Shown: positions 50,508-60,058 of the stretch, in pieces
Position numbering within the stretch: the first letter of the stretch is position 1
Layout: each line of letters opens with the position of its first letter
Source of the DNA: an uncultured Candidatus Saccharibacteria bacterium
GTDB lineage: Bacteria > Patescibacteriota > Saccharimonadia > Saccharimonadales > UBA4665
Direction: 5' to 3'
DNA: 64,000 nt
Assembly (NCBI GenBank): GCA_963843205.1
Contig: CAWJJN010000003.1
Location: 56,325 to 120,324 of the forward strand
Notes under the pieces: model-generated
The model's database searches: none
Seen by the model: only the letters and a program-made list of their open reading frames with translations
What the model was told of the DNA's origin: nothing
Position numbers and translations under genes: made by a program

Positions 50508-50900
50508 GCCAGCTATACGGCCGTACTACTGTCAACGCTCAGAAACGTGCAGTGTCTGTCTCTGCGGGTGCCAGCGAGCTACCCCGATGAAGGCTTTGAT
50601 GACCCGCAGCTACCGCAAGCCCATACCAAAGCATTAACGGCCTGGAGGAGGCAGACAACCGATTATCTTCATAACAAGGCATTTAAAGCGCTGTACGACT
50701 TTACCGGAAACATTCAGATTATAGAAGCTGAAAAAGACGAATTTGTTCCGCACCAGGCCGTACAAAACTACGCCGATTCGGTTGCCGACAAGAACAGGCT
50801 AACCCATGTTCTAATGCGCGGCGCGCCTCATCAGCTATTAAATAGCGATTTGTCTACCGAATATGTCAAGCTTCTCAGCAGCTGGGCAAAGCAGCAATAG
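50508..50900 (+). pseudogene. 5'-truncated alpha/beta hydrolase
   Basis: Begins without a start codon at ASYTAVLLS (nucleophile-elbow region), then LRVPA, EAEKDEFVP, APH. Confidence 0.6.
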
Positions 50901-50980
50901 GCGCCCGGCTTCAGATCCCAACCAAGCAAACACAGCTTATGCTATGCTTTTAATAAGTAAGCTTGATGAATTGCAACCGT

Positions 50981-51811
50981 ATGAGATCTGACAACAAAAA
51001 AAGCCTTTTGCTAGCCTCGGTGCTCTGCGCCTTTTCTGTTCTGCTGGCAACACCCCTGGTTTTTTCCGAGCAAAACAACAGCGTAATCGCACAAGGCTTT
51101 AAGGGCGACACTAACAAGGGCGCGATTGTGGCCGGGGCGTTAGTAAGCACCAAAACCGATTCAGCAACTACGGTGGAGTTAGCAACTATTGACACCAGCG
51201 ACCGCATAGCCGGGGTAGTCAACGAGCATCCGGTTATTTCCATCTCCAGCAGTAATAAAGAAATCCAGGTCGTGCTAAGCGGCCTAACCAGAGTATTAGT
51301 AAGCGACATAAACGGCGAGATCCATGCCGGTGACAAAATCACGGCGTCACCGATAGCCGGCGTCGGAATGCGCGCCACAACCGATGCTCAGGTAGTTGGC
51401 ACTGCCCAAAACGATTTTGATATCAAGAAGGCGCAGTCACGAACCATCAAGGATACAGGCGGGGCTTCGCACGATGTTCTGATAGGCGACCTGCCGCTTC
51501 AGGTCAGCGTGACGTACTACCAGGCGCCAATCAGTACTGTCCTGCCGCCATTCCTGCAAGATCTGGCTAACGGTATTGCCGGAAGGCCGGTATCGTTAAT
51601 TCGTATAATTTTGTGCGGGTTTTTGCTGCTATTCGGTTTCATATACATAGGCGTGCTGATCTACTCTTCTGTCCGGTCTGCCGTTACAGCCCTCGGCCGC
51701 AACCCGATGGCAGCCCACGATATACGAAAAAGCCTTTTACAGATGGGCGCCATAGCCATAGCTATACTGGGCGCTACGCTGCTTGCCGCATATTTAACTC
51801 TGACCGTCTAG
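50981..51811 (+). CDS. Exported/membrane protein (signal peptide, beta domain, C-terminal TMs)
   Basis: Hydrophobic N-term; VLVSDINGEIHAGDKITASPIAGVGM; two C-terminal TMs. Confidence 0.75.
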   Translation: MRSDNKKSLLLASVLCAFSVLLATPLVFSEQNNSVIAQGFKGDTNKGAIVAGALVSTKTDSATTVELATIDTSDRIAGVVNEHPVISISSSNKEIQVVLSGLTRVLVSDINGEIHAGDKITASPIAGVGMRATTDAQVVGTAQNDFDIKKAQSRTIKDTGGASHDVLIGDLPLQVSVTYYQAPISTVLPPFLQDLANGIAGRPVSLIRIILCGFLLLFGFIYIGVLIYSSVRSAVTALGRNPMAAHDIRKSLLQMGAIAIAILGATLLAAYLTLTV

Positions 51812-51883
51812 CCGCAACAACTAGGCATCGACAAGCCAACAATGTAGAATTAGCATAACGGCTTTGTTTGATCGAGACACAAT

Positions 51884-54415
51884 ATGGATAATGGGCAGCC
51901 CCCAACGACGACACAAAATGCTAGCACCCAACCAGACCTGAATACTGGCTATGTTGATATACCTAACCAAAACACTAACGAGTTGTCTGGAACGCCTGTT
52001 ATCGGCACTGATTTTACCCTTCAAAAAAAGAAAAAATTCAAGAAACGGATCGTTCTTATAAGTGCGGTGCTGGTGGCGGTCTTGCTGATCTCCAGCCTAA
52101 TACTTTGGGCAATCGGGCGCAGTGACACGGCTGTCCAACAGCGAATTGGCAAGTTCGGCCCGCTAAGTGTACCTCTTCAAACCCTGGCCTCAACTGATAC
52201 TGGCAGTTCTGGAGTCACAGTAACGGTCAATGGCCGGCTGCAAGTCACTGACTCGATCATACTAAGCCCCTCTGCCAAGCCAAACAATCCTGTTGCAGGG
52301 CAGCTTTATTACGACAAAACCACCAACCAGCTGTCTTACTACAATGGTCAGCAATTTGTTGGCATGGGCGGCACCGGCGCTGGTGGCAATATTACCAACA
52401 TTACAACTGGACAGAGTGCCGGCACTGCCGTCCTCCTGCAGTCTGCATCGCCAGGCGAGCAACAAACTGGCAACCTGAACATCTCCGGCAAAGCTAAAGT
52501 CGGAGAGCTAGAGACAACAGTCATAAGGACCGGAGGCAGGGCTTTGATTGTCGGCCCGCTAAACCCAGGTACGATTATTTCACCCGACCCCAAGCCCGGC
52601 ACCAATGTTAACCTGGGGCTGACGACTTTAGGCGCGTATATGACCGGCGATGTACACGGCACATTTATTGCCACGAGAACGACTGTTGGAAATGTAGGCG
52701 GCATTGCAAAAACCATCACTGTTTATATTCAGGGGGGCAGCAGCAGTAAGCATATCCAGCTTGGCCTCTACGATGATGATGGGGATATCCCCAGCAGGCC
52801 GAACGCCTTGCTTGCAGTCAGCGCCAGCACAAACATTAAGCCAAATTCATACAACACACTGACCATACCATCTACATCTTTAAGCGCTAACACAACATAT
52901 TGGATGGCATTTAACACCGACGACCCTACTGCCTTCCGGTCATATGACGGCGGAGCAAAACAATCCTGTTTTTACGGCCTGGGCTATGGCTTCATGCCCA
53001 ACCCCTTTGGAGTTGGAGGATGCTTTTTCTCAAACGAAGTCTACACTATGTATCTGACCTATACAGCCGGCTCAGGCTCAACTGGTACTGCCGGGCAGGC
53101 ACTCTTCACTATAAGCGGCACTGGTCAAGCATTATTCCAGAACTCAGAGGACTCTACATCGGCTTTCCAGGTTCAGAATGCGATCGGCACCAACACGATA
53201 TTTAACGTCGACACCCTGAATGGACGCGTCGGGATAGGAAAGTCCACGCCATCCTACAAGCTCGACATAGCAAGCGGAGATATAAACCTAAACAGTGGCT
53301 ATTCTTTAAGGTTTGGTGGCGTACCGACCCTCTCGGTCACGAACGCCGGGATTAACACCAAGCTGGTCAATCCAGCATCAACTGGGAATGTGCTGATCCA
53401 GGCCAACACTGTAACCGTGCAGGACGCCAGCGGCGATCACAATAACCTGGCATTTGACAGCAGCGGTAAGGCGACCTTTAGCAACCGCACCAACTCAACA
53501 ACCGGCTTTCAGATTCAAAATGCCACAGGCGTCAGTCTGCTGACCGCTGATACTACCAATATGAGCATCAAGATCGGCAGCTCCGCAGGAAGCAGTACGC
53601 CAGTATTACTTTATCTTGCCAACAAAAACACCGCCGGCGACCCTGTAGGGGGAGAAGGAGCACTATACTACAACAGCACGCTTGGCAGCTTCCGGTGCTT
53701 TTATTCCGGGTTCTGGCAAAACTGCGCAGATATCGAGCCGCAGCACAGCTTCTCGCTATATGATGAATTCGTTGGCGGACAAACGTCATTTACCGGAGGC
53801 ATCGGCAACCTTGGATGGAACGCTCTGGCCATCGGAGCCAATGGCGCTCTGGCCCTTAACCCGGCAACGCCTGCGCCGTCAGCCGACCGGCCAGGAGTGC
53901 TTCATCTGCAAACGCCTGCGGTAATCAACCAGGGGTCAACGCTCTTACTGGGAGATTCCAGCGGCGGCTCGCTGATCATCGCCAAAGATAACGACATGAA
54001 AACCGGCGTGGCAGTAGGCAGCACAACAGACCAGGTGCTGCGCGTTGGCTTGCACAACGAGACAACCAGTACATCGCAGCCGCTTTCCGGCATCTGGTGG
54101 GAAGCTGACCCGGCGACCAGTGCGTATTGGCGCTACTGTTACGGCAACGGAGCGGCAGCGTCTTGCGCCGCCTCGACGGTTGCCATAGCCGCCAACACGT
54201 GGGTCACATTAGAAATACGGGTTACAGCCACAGGCAACGGCACCTCGGCGGCATATTTCGTCATTAACAGCACTTCATACCAGGCAACTGCTACTACTAT
54301 AGACACAACGAACCGCGTCTCTCCGGCCTACAGCTGCTACGCCGCTGCTGGCAGCGCTCAAAGCTGCTATTGGGACTACTTCCACCTTACGGGTACAACG
54401 GCCGCAGCGAGATAA
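51884..54415 (+). CDS. Large membrane-anchored beta-rich surface/fibre protein
   Basis: Single TM near residue 55; Gly/Ser/Thr rich; internal repeat FQNSEDSTSAFQVQNA / FSNRTNSTTGFQIQNA. Confidence 0.8.
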   Translation: MDNGQPPTTTQNASTQPDLNTGYVDIPNQNTNELSGTPVIGTDFTLQKKKKFKKRIVLISAVLVAVLLISSLILWAIGRSDTAVQQRIGKFGPLSVPLQTLASTDTGSSGVTVTVNGRLQVTDSIILSPSAKPNNPVAGQLYYDKTTNQLSYYNGQQFVGMGGTGAGGNITNITTGQSAGTAVLLQSASPGEQQTGNLNISGKAKVGELETTVIRTGGRALIVGPLNPGTIISPDPKPGTNVNLGLTTLGAYMTGDVHGTFIATRTTVGNVGGIAKTITVYIQGGSSSKHIQLGLYDDDGDIPSRPNALLAVSASTNIKPNSYNTLTIPSTSLSANTTYWMAFNTDDPTAFRSYDGGAKQSCFYGLGYGFMPNPFGVGGCFFSNEVYTMYLTYTAGSGSTGTAGQALFTISGTGQALFQNSEDSTSAFQVQNAIGTNTIFNVDTLNGRVGIGKSTPSYKLDIASGDINLNSGYSLRFGGVPTLSVTNAGINTKLVNPASTGNVLIQANTVTVQDASGDHNNLAFDSSGKATFSNRTNSTTGFQIQNATGVSLLTADTTNMSIKIGSSAGSSTPVLLYLANKNTAGDPVGGEGALYYNSTLGSFRCFYSGFWQNCADIEPQHSFSLYDEFVGGQTSFTGGIGNLGWNALAIGANGALALNPATPAPSADRPGVLHLQTPAVINQGSTLLLGDSSGGSLIIAKDNDMKTGVAVGSTTDQVLRVGLHNETTSTSQPLSGIWWEADPATSAYWRYCYGNGAAASCAASTVAIAANTWVTLEIRVTATGNGTSAAYFVINSTSYQATATTIDTTNRVSPAYSCYAAAGSAQSCYWDYFHLTGTTAAAR

Positions 54416-54436
54416 ACACAGCCGTCAACGCTTGAG

Positions 54437-54895
54437 CTAAGGTCGCTTGTGATCACAATTTACAACGATATCGAGAGGATATGTACCGCGGGACAGATAA
54501 TGGTCAACTGTCTGGGGCGGAAAAGCGGTAAACAGCCTGCCGGCTTTGGCCATATCGTGCAATTCATCTCTGCTGACCCAAATAGTTTCCGGGTGCTCTG
54601 GCGTCGGTGTAGCTTCTCCGCCTATAATAACCGCGCTAAATATAGGACCCGAAACATTGGTGTGCGGATAGATGGTCTGGTAAATGCCTATCAGACCAGT
54701 CAGCTCAACGTCATAACCGGTTTCTTCCTTTACTTCGCGTATGGCGGCCTGAAATATAGTCTCATGCATATCGAGGTGACCGCCAGGGAAGTTATAGAGT
54801 CCCTCGCGCCCAGGCCTAGTCTCACGCACTAACAAAAAACTGTCGTCGGATACAACCAGCACGCTGGCTATAGCATGGTCAAATTGGTGTGTCAT
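54437..54895 (-). CDS. Nudix hydrolase
   Basis: FPGGHLDMHETIFQAAIREVKEETG. Confidence 0.93.
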   Translation of the reverse strand: MTHQFDHAIASVLVVSDDSFLLVRETRPGREGLYNFPGGHLDMHETIFQAAIREVKEETGYDVELTGLIGIYQTIYPHTNVSGPIFSAVIIGGEATPTPEHPETIWVSRDELHDMAKAGRLFTAFPPQTVDHYLSRGTYPLDIVVNCDHKRP

Positions 54896-55023
54896 AACAT
54901 CCAGTCTAATACAAAAAACCTAAAACTGTGGATTGCTGTTTGCGGCAGCCGCAAAAAACTGACGGCCTACCCCTGATACGACCTTTCCATATCTTGCTCG
55001 ATCTGGTATACCTATTACTACAT

Positions 55024-55686
55024 ATGGCGAAAATAGCACCAACAAAACCAATATTAATACTGCTATACGGATACCCTGGCTCAGGAAAGACCTACTTTGC
55101 ACGCCAGCTTACCGAGCACATCCAGATCGCTCACATCCATGCCGATAGAATACGCGGCGAACTTTTCGAAAAACCGCACTACGACAAAGAAGAGAATGAC
55201 GCTATCGCCCAGCTTATGGACTACATGACAGGCGAGTTCCTAAATGCCGGCTTGAGCGTGATTTACGACACCAACGCCATGCGCGCCAGCCAGCGCCAGG
55301 CGCTTCGCAATATGGCCCGCAAGGCACACGTCCAGCCCTTACTGATTTGGCTACAAATTGATACCGAAAGTTCCTTTGCACGCACCCAAATACGCGACCG
55401 TCGCCGCGCCGATGACAAATACGCCGGTCCGACTGACCGCGCAACTTTCGACCGCATCGCCGGCGGCATGCAAAACCCGCGTAACGAGGAATATATCGTA
55501 ATAAGCGGTAAGCATACTTTTGGAACGCAGCTCAGCGCCATAATGAAGCGACTGCGCGAGCTGGGGCTAGTGCCTGCGGTGCAGGAAGTAAATACCAAAG
55601 TGGTCAAGCCGGGTTTGGTCAACTTAGTTCCTCCGTCCGCAGCCGGACGCGTCGATATGGCCAGACGCAATATTGTTATCAGATAA
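55024..55686 (+). CDS. P-loop kinase (AAA_33-like)
   Basis: LYGYPGSGKT, VIYDTN. Confidence 0.85.
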   Translation: MAKIAPTKPILILLYGYPGSGKTYFARQLTEHIQIAHIHADRIRGELFEKPHYDKEENDAIAQLMDYMTGEFLNAGLSVIYDTNAMRASQRQALRNMARKAHVQPLLIWLQIDTESSFARTQIRDRRRADDKYAGPTDRATFDRIAGGMQNPRNEEYIVISGKHTFGTQLSAIMKRLRELGLVPAVQEVNTKVVKPGLVNLVPPSAAGRVDMARRNIVIR

Positions 55687-55693
55687 GGAATTT

Positions 55694-56404
55694 ATGGCTA
55701 CAAAACAAACCGACATCCCGGGGATTGGAACGGTTGTGTTGTACAAACGGCGGGGCAACCGTTCGTTGAGGCTGAGTATCGCGCCTGACGGCGAAGTGCG
55801 TGTTTCCATGCCCGCCTGGCTGCCTTATAAAGCAGGTGAGCAATTCGTAAAATCAAAGGCGCTGTGGATAGCATCGCACCGCTTGCCGGAACCGGCTGTT
55901 CTGCAGCACGGCCAGCCTATCGGGAAGGCTCACCGGCTATATTTCAACCGGTCGGCAGATGCCGTGAGCATAAGTTCACGACTTAAACAAAACCGGGTAG
56001 AGATTACCCATCCGCCGCAGCTAATACCACAAGACAAATCCTTGCAGCAGGCAGCCCAGCGAGCCAGCATCCGCGCCCTAAGAAAAGAAGCCGAGCAACT
56101 TCTGCCATATAGGCTAAAACAGCTTGCCGACAGCCGGGGCTTCAGTTACCAGAATGTTGCCATCAAGCAACTAAAAGGCCGGTGGGGAAGCTGCAGCTCG
56201 CAGCAAGAAATTATCCTCAACCTATTCCTGATGCAGTTACCCTGGCATCTAATTGACTATGTTTTATTCCACGAATTGACCCATACCAAAGTGATGCAGC
56301 ACGGAACTCCGTTTTGGCAGGAACTTGAGAAGCACGTGCCGAATGCCAAGCTGCTGCGCAAGGAAATCGGCAGCTATCATCCGGTTCTGGCAACCGAAAC
56401 ATAA
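55694..56404 (+). CDS. YgjP/DUF45 SprT-like zinc metalloprotease
   Basis: RWGSCS, IDYVLFHELTH, HGTPFW. Confidence 0.92.
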   Translation: MATKQTDIPGIGTVVLYKRRGNRSLRLSIAPDGEVRVSMPAWLPYKAGEQFVKSKALWIASHRLPEPAVLQHGQPIGKAHRLYFNRSADAVSISSRLKQNRVEITHPPQLIPQDKSLQQAAQRASIRALRKEAEQLLPYRLKQLADSRGFSYQNVAIKQLKGRWGSCSSQQEIILNLFLMQLPWHLIDYVLFHELTHTKVMQHGTPFWQELEKHVPNAKLLRKEIGSYHPVLATET

Positions 56405-56416
56405 CAAATATTAACC

Positions 56417-56555
56417 GCAAACCGACCCACACTACCCTTTCCGGAGAACACTCTTGGCGTAAACCTCCACTGGAGATTTACACCAGCGTTCGGCTGAAAT
56501 CGGTTAGTTAAACCGATTTCACAGTCTCCGGAAAGGGTAGTGTGGGTCGGTTTGC
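56417..56555. repeat. 139-bp element with perfect 31-bp inverted ends and two inner hairpins
   Basis: GCAAACCGACCCACACTACCCTTTCCGGAGA (56417-56447) is the exact reverse complement of 56525-56555. Confidence 0.9.
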
Positions 56556-56580
56556 AATCTTGTATGTCATAATAAAGGTT

Positions 56581-57690
56581 ATGGTAACAGAAATGCTAGC
56601 CCGCCGGATGTCATCCAAGCAGGCAAAGCTCGATCACGAGCGGCTAACCAGCCTGGTCAATAGTATGGCCGATGGCGTATTGGCCGTTGACGAGAGCATG
56701 AAAATCGTACTGAGCAACGGCGCGGCCTTAAACATCCTGGACGTCAACAGCAGTCTTCACGACCGCTATCTACAGGATGTCCTCAAGCTTGAAGACAAAA
56801 ACAACCAACCGATTGACGTCGCCCGCCTTGTGTCCAACATTAAGACCCCGACCAGCGACCGCGACATCCTGATGCCTTGCGACGATGGCAGCAAAATCAA
56901 CTTATATTTGAGTATCGCGCCGGTACACCTTGGCTACCGCAGTCACGGGCAGCACGGATATGTAATACTGTTGCGCGACATAACCCGCGAAAAATCTCTC
57001 GAAGAAGAGCGTGATGAATTCATCAGCGTGGTCAGCCATGAGCTGCGAACGCCGATAGCCATTGCCGAGGGCAATATAAGCAACGCGCAATTTATCGTGA
57101 ATAAGACCGGCGATATCAACCAGGTAAAAACTGCTCTGCGCCAGGCCCACGAACAGATAATGTTCTTAGCCAGTCTAGTCAACGACTTGGCGACTTTATC
57201 CCGGGCCGAACGCGGCAAGCTAGTCGTGGAAGTGGAAACCATTAACGTACTAGAACTGCTGTCCGAGCTGCTGGCGAACTACACACCCGAAGCCAGGTCC
57301 CGGGGTTTGGAACTGAAACTTGAGGCCGGGGATAATATCGGCGAGTTACAATCCAGCAAACTATACGTGCGCGAGATACTGCAAAACTTCATAACAAATG
57401 CCATAAAATACACCGAAAAAGGCAGCGTTACCCTAGGGGCCGAAGCAACCAGAAAAGGCGTTAAGTTTTCAGTCAGCGATACCGGTATAGGCATCAGCCG
57501 TGCAGACCAGGAAAAACTTTTTGACAAGTTCTTCCGCAGCGAGGACTTCAGGACTCGCAAAACTAACGGCACCGGCCTCGGGCTGTACGTCACCCTCAAG
57601 CTGGCCCGCCTGGTTCATGCCGAGCTTGACGTTGAAAGCGAGCTGGACAAGGGCTCGACTTTCACGGTTTTCATCCCAGACCTCAAATAG
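56581..57690 (+). CDS. PAS-domain sensor histidine kinase (cytoplasmic)
   Basis: VSHELRTP, LQNFITNAIKYT, SDTGIGI, GTGLGL, GSTF. Confidence 0.95.
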   Translation: MVTEMLARRMSSKQAKLDHERLTSLVNSMADGVLAVDESMKIVLSNGAALNILDVNSSLHDRYLQDVLKLEDKNNQPIDVARLVSNIKTPTSDRDILMPCDDGSKINLYLSIAPVHLGYRSHGQHGYVILLRDITREKSLEEERDEFISVVSHELRTPIAIAEGNISNAQFIVNKTGDINQVKTALRQAHEQIMFLASLVNDLATLSRAERGKLVVEVETINVLELLSELLANYTPEARSRGLELKLEAGDNIGELQSSKLYVREILQNFITNAIKYTEKGSVTLGAEATRKGVKFSVSDTGIGISRADQEKLFDKFFRSEDFRTRKTNGTGLGLYVTLKLARLVHAELDVESELDKGSTFTVFIPDLK

Positions 57691-57705
57691 CTTAAAGTAA
57701 AGTTT

Positions 57706-59217
57706 TTAATCCAATTTCGGGAGATGCGGAATGGTATGCATGGCCGGGAAGCTGATATTACGCCCCCTCCACTCGACTGTCGAGAACTCATACTGCCACA
57801 TCGAGTAATACAACATCCCCAAATCGTAAAAAGCCATGGCTGGCAGCGCCACAATCGCCAGTGAGCGGCCGCCCAAATTCGCCGCGCTGCTAACTAACAC
57901 ATAAGTGGCACTCAGCAGCACTGCTGCCAGCGCCGCCAAAGCGATAGCTATCAGCCCAGCTCCCAGCCAAAATCCTGCCAGCGCCAGGAAGTAGGGAGAA
58001 ATCAGAAACAATAATTCAAGCAGTGAAGTTAAAAGTACATTTTCCGGCCTGCGGTGCAGCTGGGGATAGCGGGTACGCACCGCCGTGTCGTGTTGCTCCT
58101 GGAGGCTCTTGACGCTTGCGATTCCTGGAGCTTTGCCCGAACGCATGAAACTGTAAGCGTCATTAGCAACGGCCGTACGGGCGAAGTAAGCCTCGGGTAC
58201 GATTGAGCGAGCAACGGCAGAAAACCCGCCGGCTTTTTCTAAAACCTTCTTCTTTATAACCCAGCAGCTGCTTAATACTGGCGGTTTTCGCAGCAAACGG
58301 CGCGGCAGCGCCAATTCCCAGAAATAGCGCATGGCCTGAGCTGGGGCAAAATACTTTCGCTCTGCCGGAGCCAACGCCGGCATGATACTGACCATGTCTT
58401 TCTTCTTGTCCAGCATCATACTCAACATATGACGCAGAGCAGCTGGTGAGAACCGAATATCTACGCCGCAAAACAATATGTAATCACCGCTTGATTCCTT
58501 GGCAAGCCTGTCATAGGCCTGATTCTTCGGCAGCCAAGTCTCGCTTGGTTGCTCTCCTCGCACAAAACGCACCCCATCGTGAGCAAAACTACGGATAATC
58601 TCCGGTGTTCGCCGGGTTTGCGAGCAGTCGTCCAGCACTATTATCTCAAGCTTCGGATAATCGCTGGACACCAGGCTCTCTAGGCACAATCGCAAATCCT
58701 CGGTTTCGTTGCGGGCCGGAATCGCTACCGTCAGCGTAGGCAGGCGGTCATCACTATAATGTCCGTGCCGAGGCGGCCAGGCCGTCCGCTGCAAGCGCCT
58801 AACGGTCGACAACAGCAGCACGATGGCCGCGGCCAGCTGCAAAACAGCCGCAGCAATCCATATATATCTGTTATCCGGCGGCCAGGTATTGCATAGCCAC
58901 CAAGCCGCAGCGATCAAAACCTGAAGGAGCATTAAGGCCAAAGCTGTTCGACGCGTTGACCGGTGCAGGTAAGCCTGATGCATACGGCCCTCGACCACCC
59001 TGATATCGTTAAAGGCGCGGAACAAGCAAGCGACAGCCATACTTATGCTGAAAATTGACGGCTTGGCCATTACAAATCCACCGGCCGAGAAAGAGCACAG
59101 CGATAAAGCAACTGAAGCCAGCGGCTTTCGGATCTTCCAAGCCAATGGCACAAGCTGCAATAACAGCTCAACGACAACTCCGGCCCCGAAAACGTAAAGC
59201 ACAACCATCATATGCAT
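57706..59217 (-). CDS. GT2 glycosyltransferase with membrane domains
   Basis: VAIPARNE, IIVLDDCS, WLPKNQA. Confidence 0.9.
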   Translation of the reverse strand: MHMMVVLYVFGAGVVVELLLQLVPLAWKIRKPLASVALSLCSFSAGGFVMAKPSIFSISMAVACLFRAFNDIRVVEGRMHQAYLHRSTRRTALALMLLQVLIAAAWWLCNTWPPDNRYIWIAAAVLQLAAAIVLLLSTVRRLQRTAWPPRHGHYSDDRLPTLTVAIPARNETEDLRLCLESLVSSDYPKLEIIVLDDCSQTRRTPEIIRSFAHDGVRFVRGEQPSETWLPKNQAYDRLAKESSGDYILFCGVDIRFSPAALRHMLSMMLDKKKDMVSIMPALAPAERKYFAPAQAMRYFWELALPRRLLRKPPVLSSCWVIKKKVLEKAGGFSAVARSIVPEAYFARTAVANDAYSFMRSGKAPGIASVKSLQEQHDTAVRTRYPQLHRRPENVLLTSLLELLFLISPYFLALAGFWLGAGLIAIALAALAAVLLSATYVLVSSAANLGGRSLAIVALPAMAFYDLGMLYYSMWQYEFSTVEWRGRNISFPAMHTIPHLPKLD

Positions 59218-59292
59218 ATACTATAGCGCACCGGCAGGCAATAATTATAAATTCTTATTGCGCTTTCCGCATGTCTATTGTATGAATAAATC

Positions 59293-60058
59293 ATGTGGAT
59301 ATCCCGCGCCGAGGCCAGGCAGGAACTAGCGACCGATATCAAACACAAGTTTTGGAAAGCCGTAGCTGGAATTGGCCTGGCTATTGCCGGAGCCATCGGC
59401 GCGGAAGTTGCCATGACCGCAAGCATGATCAGTAGCGCGGACGCTGCAACCGAGAGGCTAACCGAACACCTGATGCCCGAGAGTGCAAAAAGTCCCTCGT
59501 CCGCACCGACATCTGCGGAACCTGGGGCCTACGAAGCAGTACTGATGGGAGCGACGCGAAATACAAGACAAAAGGGGTGTTTACCCGCCCCAGACGAGCA
59601 CACCATTGCCGGCCTAAGCGAAGACCAAGCTCTTCCGGCCGGTATTTTAGTTATCGGCAGTCTGACCAGCCTGATCGGCCTCTGCGTCAGACGACGGCGA
59701 AGAGACGTCGACAACATGCGCTATGACGACTATGCCGAGCTCGATTTCAGCCGCACGCAACTATGTCCCGCCGGACATCCGGCTAGCAGTAAGGATAACC
59801 GCTCACAGCGCCGCGTTATATGCACGCGCCGAGCGCGCTCAGCCGTTAATGGACCAGGCTGCCGAAAGAGCGGAGCAATGGCTGGACGAAACAGACGCCG
59901 AAGCAAGGTCAACACAGTTGTACGAAGACACCGCAATGACTCACCCGCTCAATGCGGCTCACTACAACGCCCTGATGAGCATCGGTCAGGATACCGCTCC
60001 AGAAGACGCGCGACTTAAAGTATTAAGCTATACTGCGGTGACCGTATTATCACCATAA
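59293..60058 (+). CDS. Membrane hypothetical protein (probably one +1 frameshift near 59755)
   Basis: Two TM segments; ORFs 59293 and 59723 join if one base is removed (span 766 = 3n+1). Confidence 0.5.

Noticed and set aside
56417-56555. Retron msr-msd, SRP RNA or 6S RNA interpretation
   Set aside because: No reverse transcriptase nearby; the SRP helix-8 motif is not matched; a perfect 31-bp stem is unlike 6S RNA
15675-60058. Programmed frameshifting or mass pseudogenisation (about a dozen split genes)
   Set aside because: Single-base indels, often in homopolymers, also hit rpmG; sequencing error is the simpler explanation, pending read check
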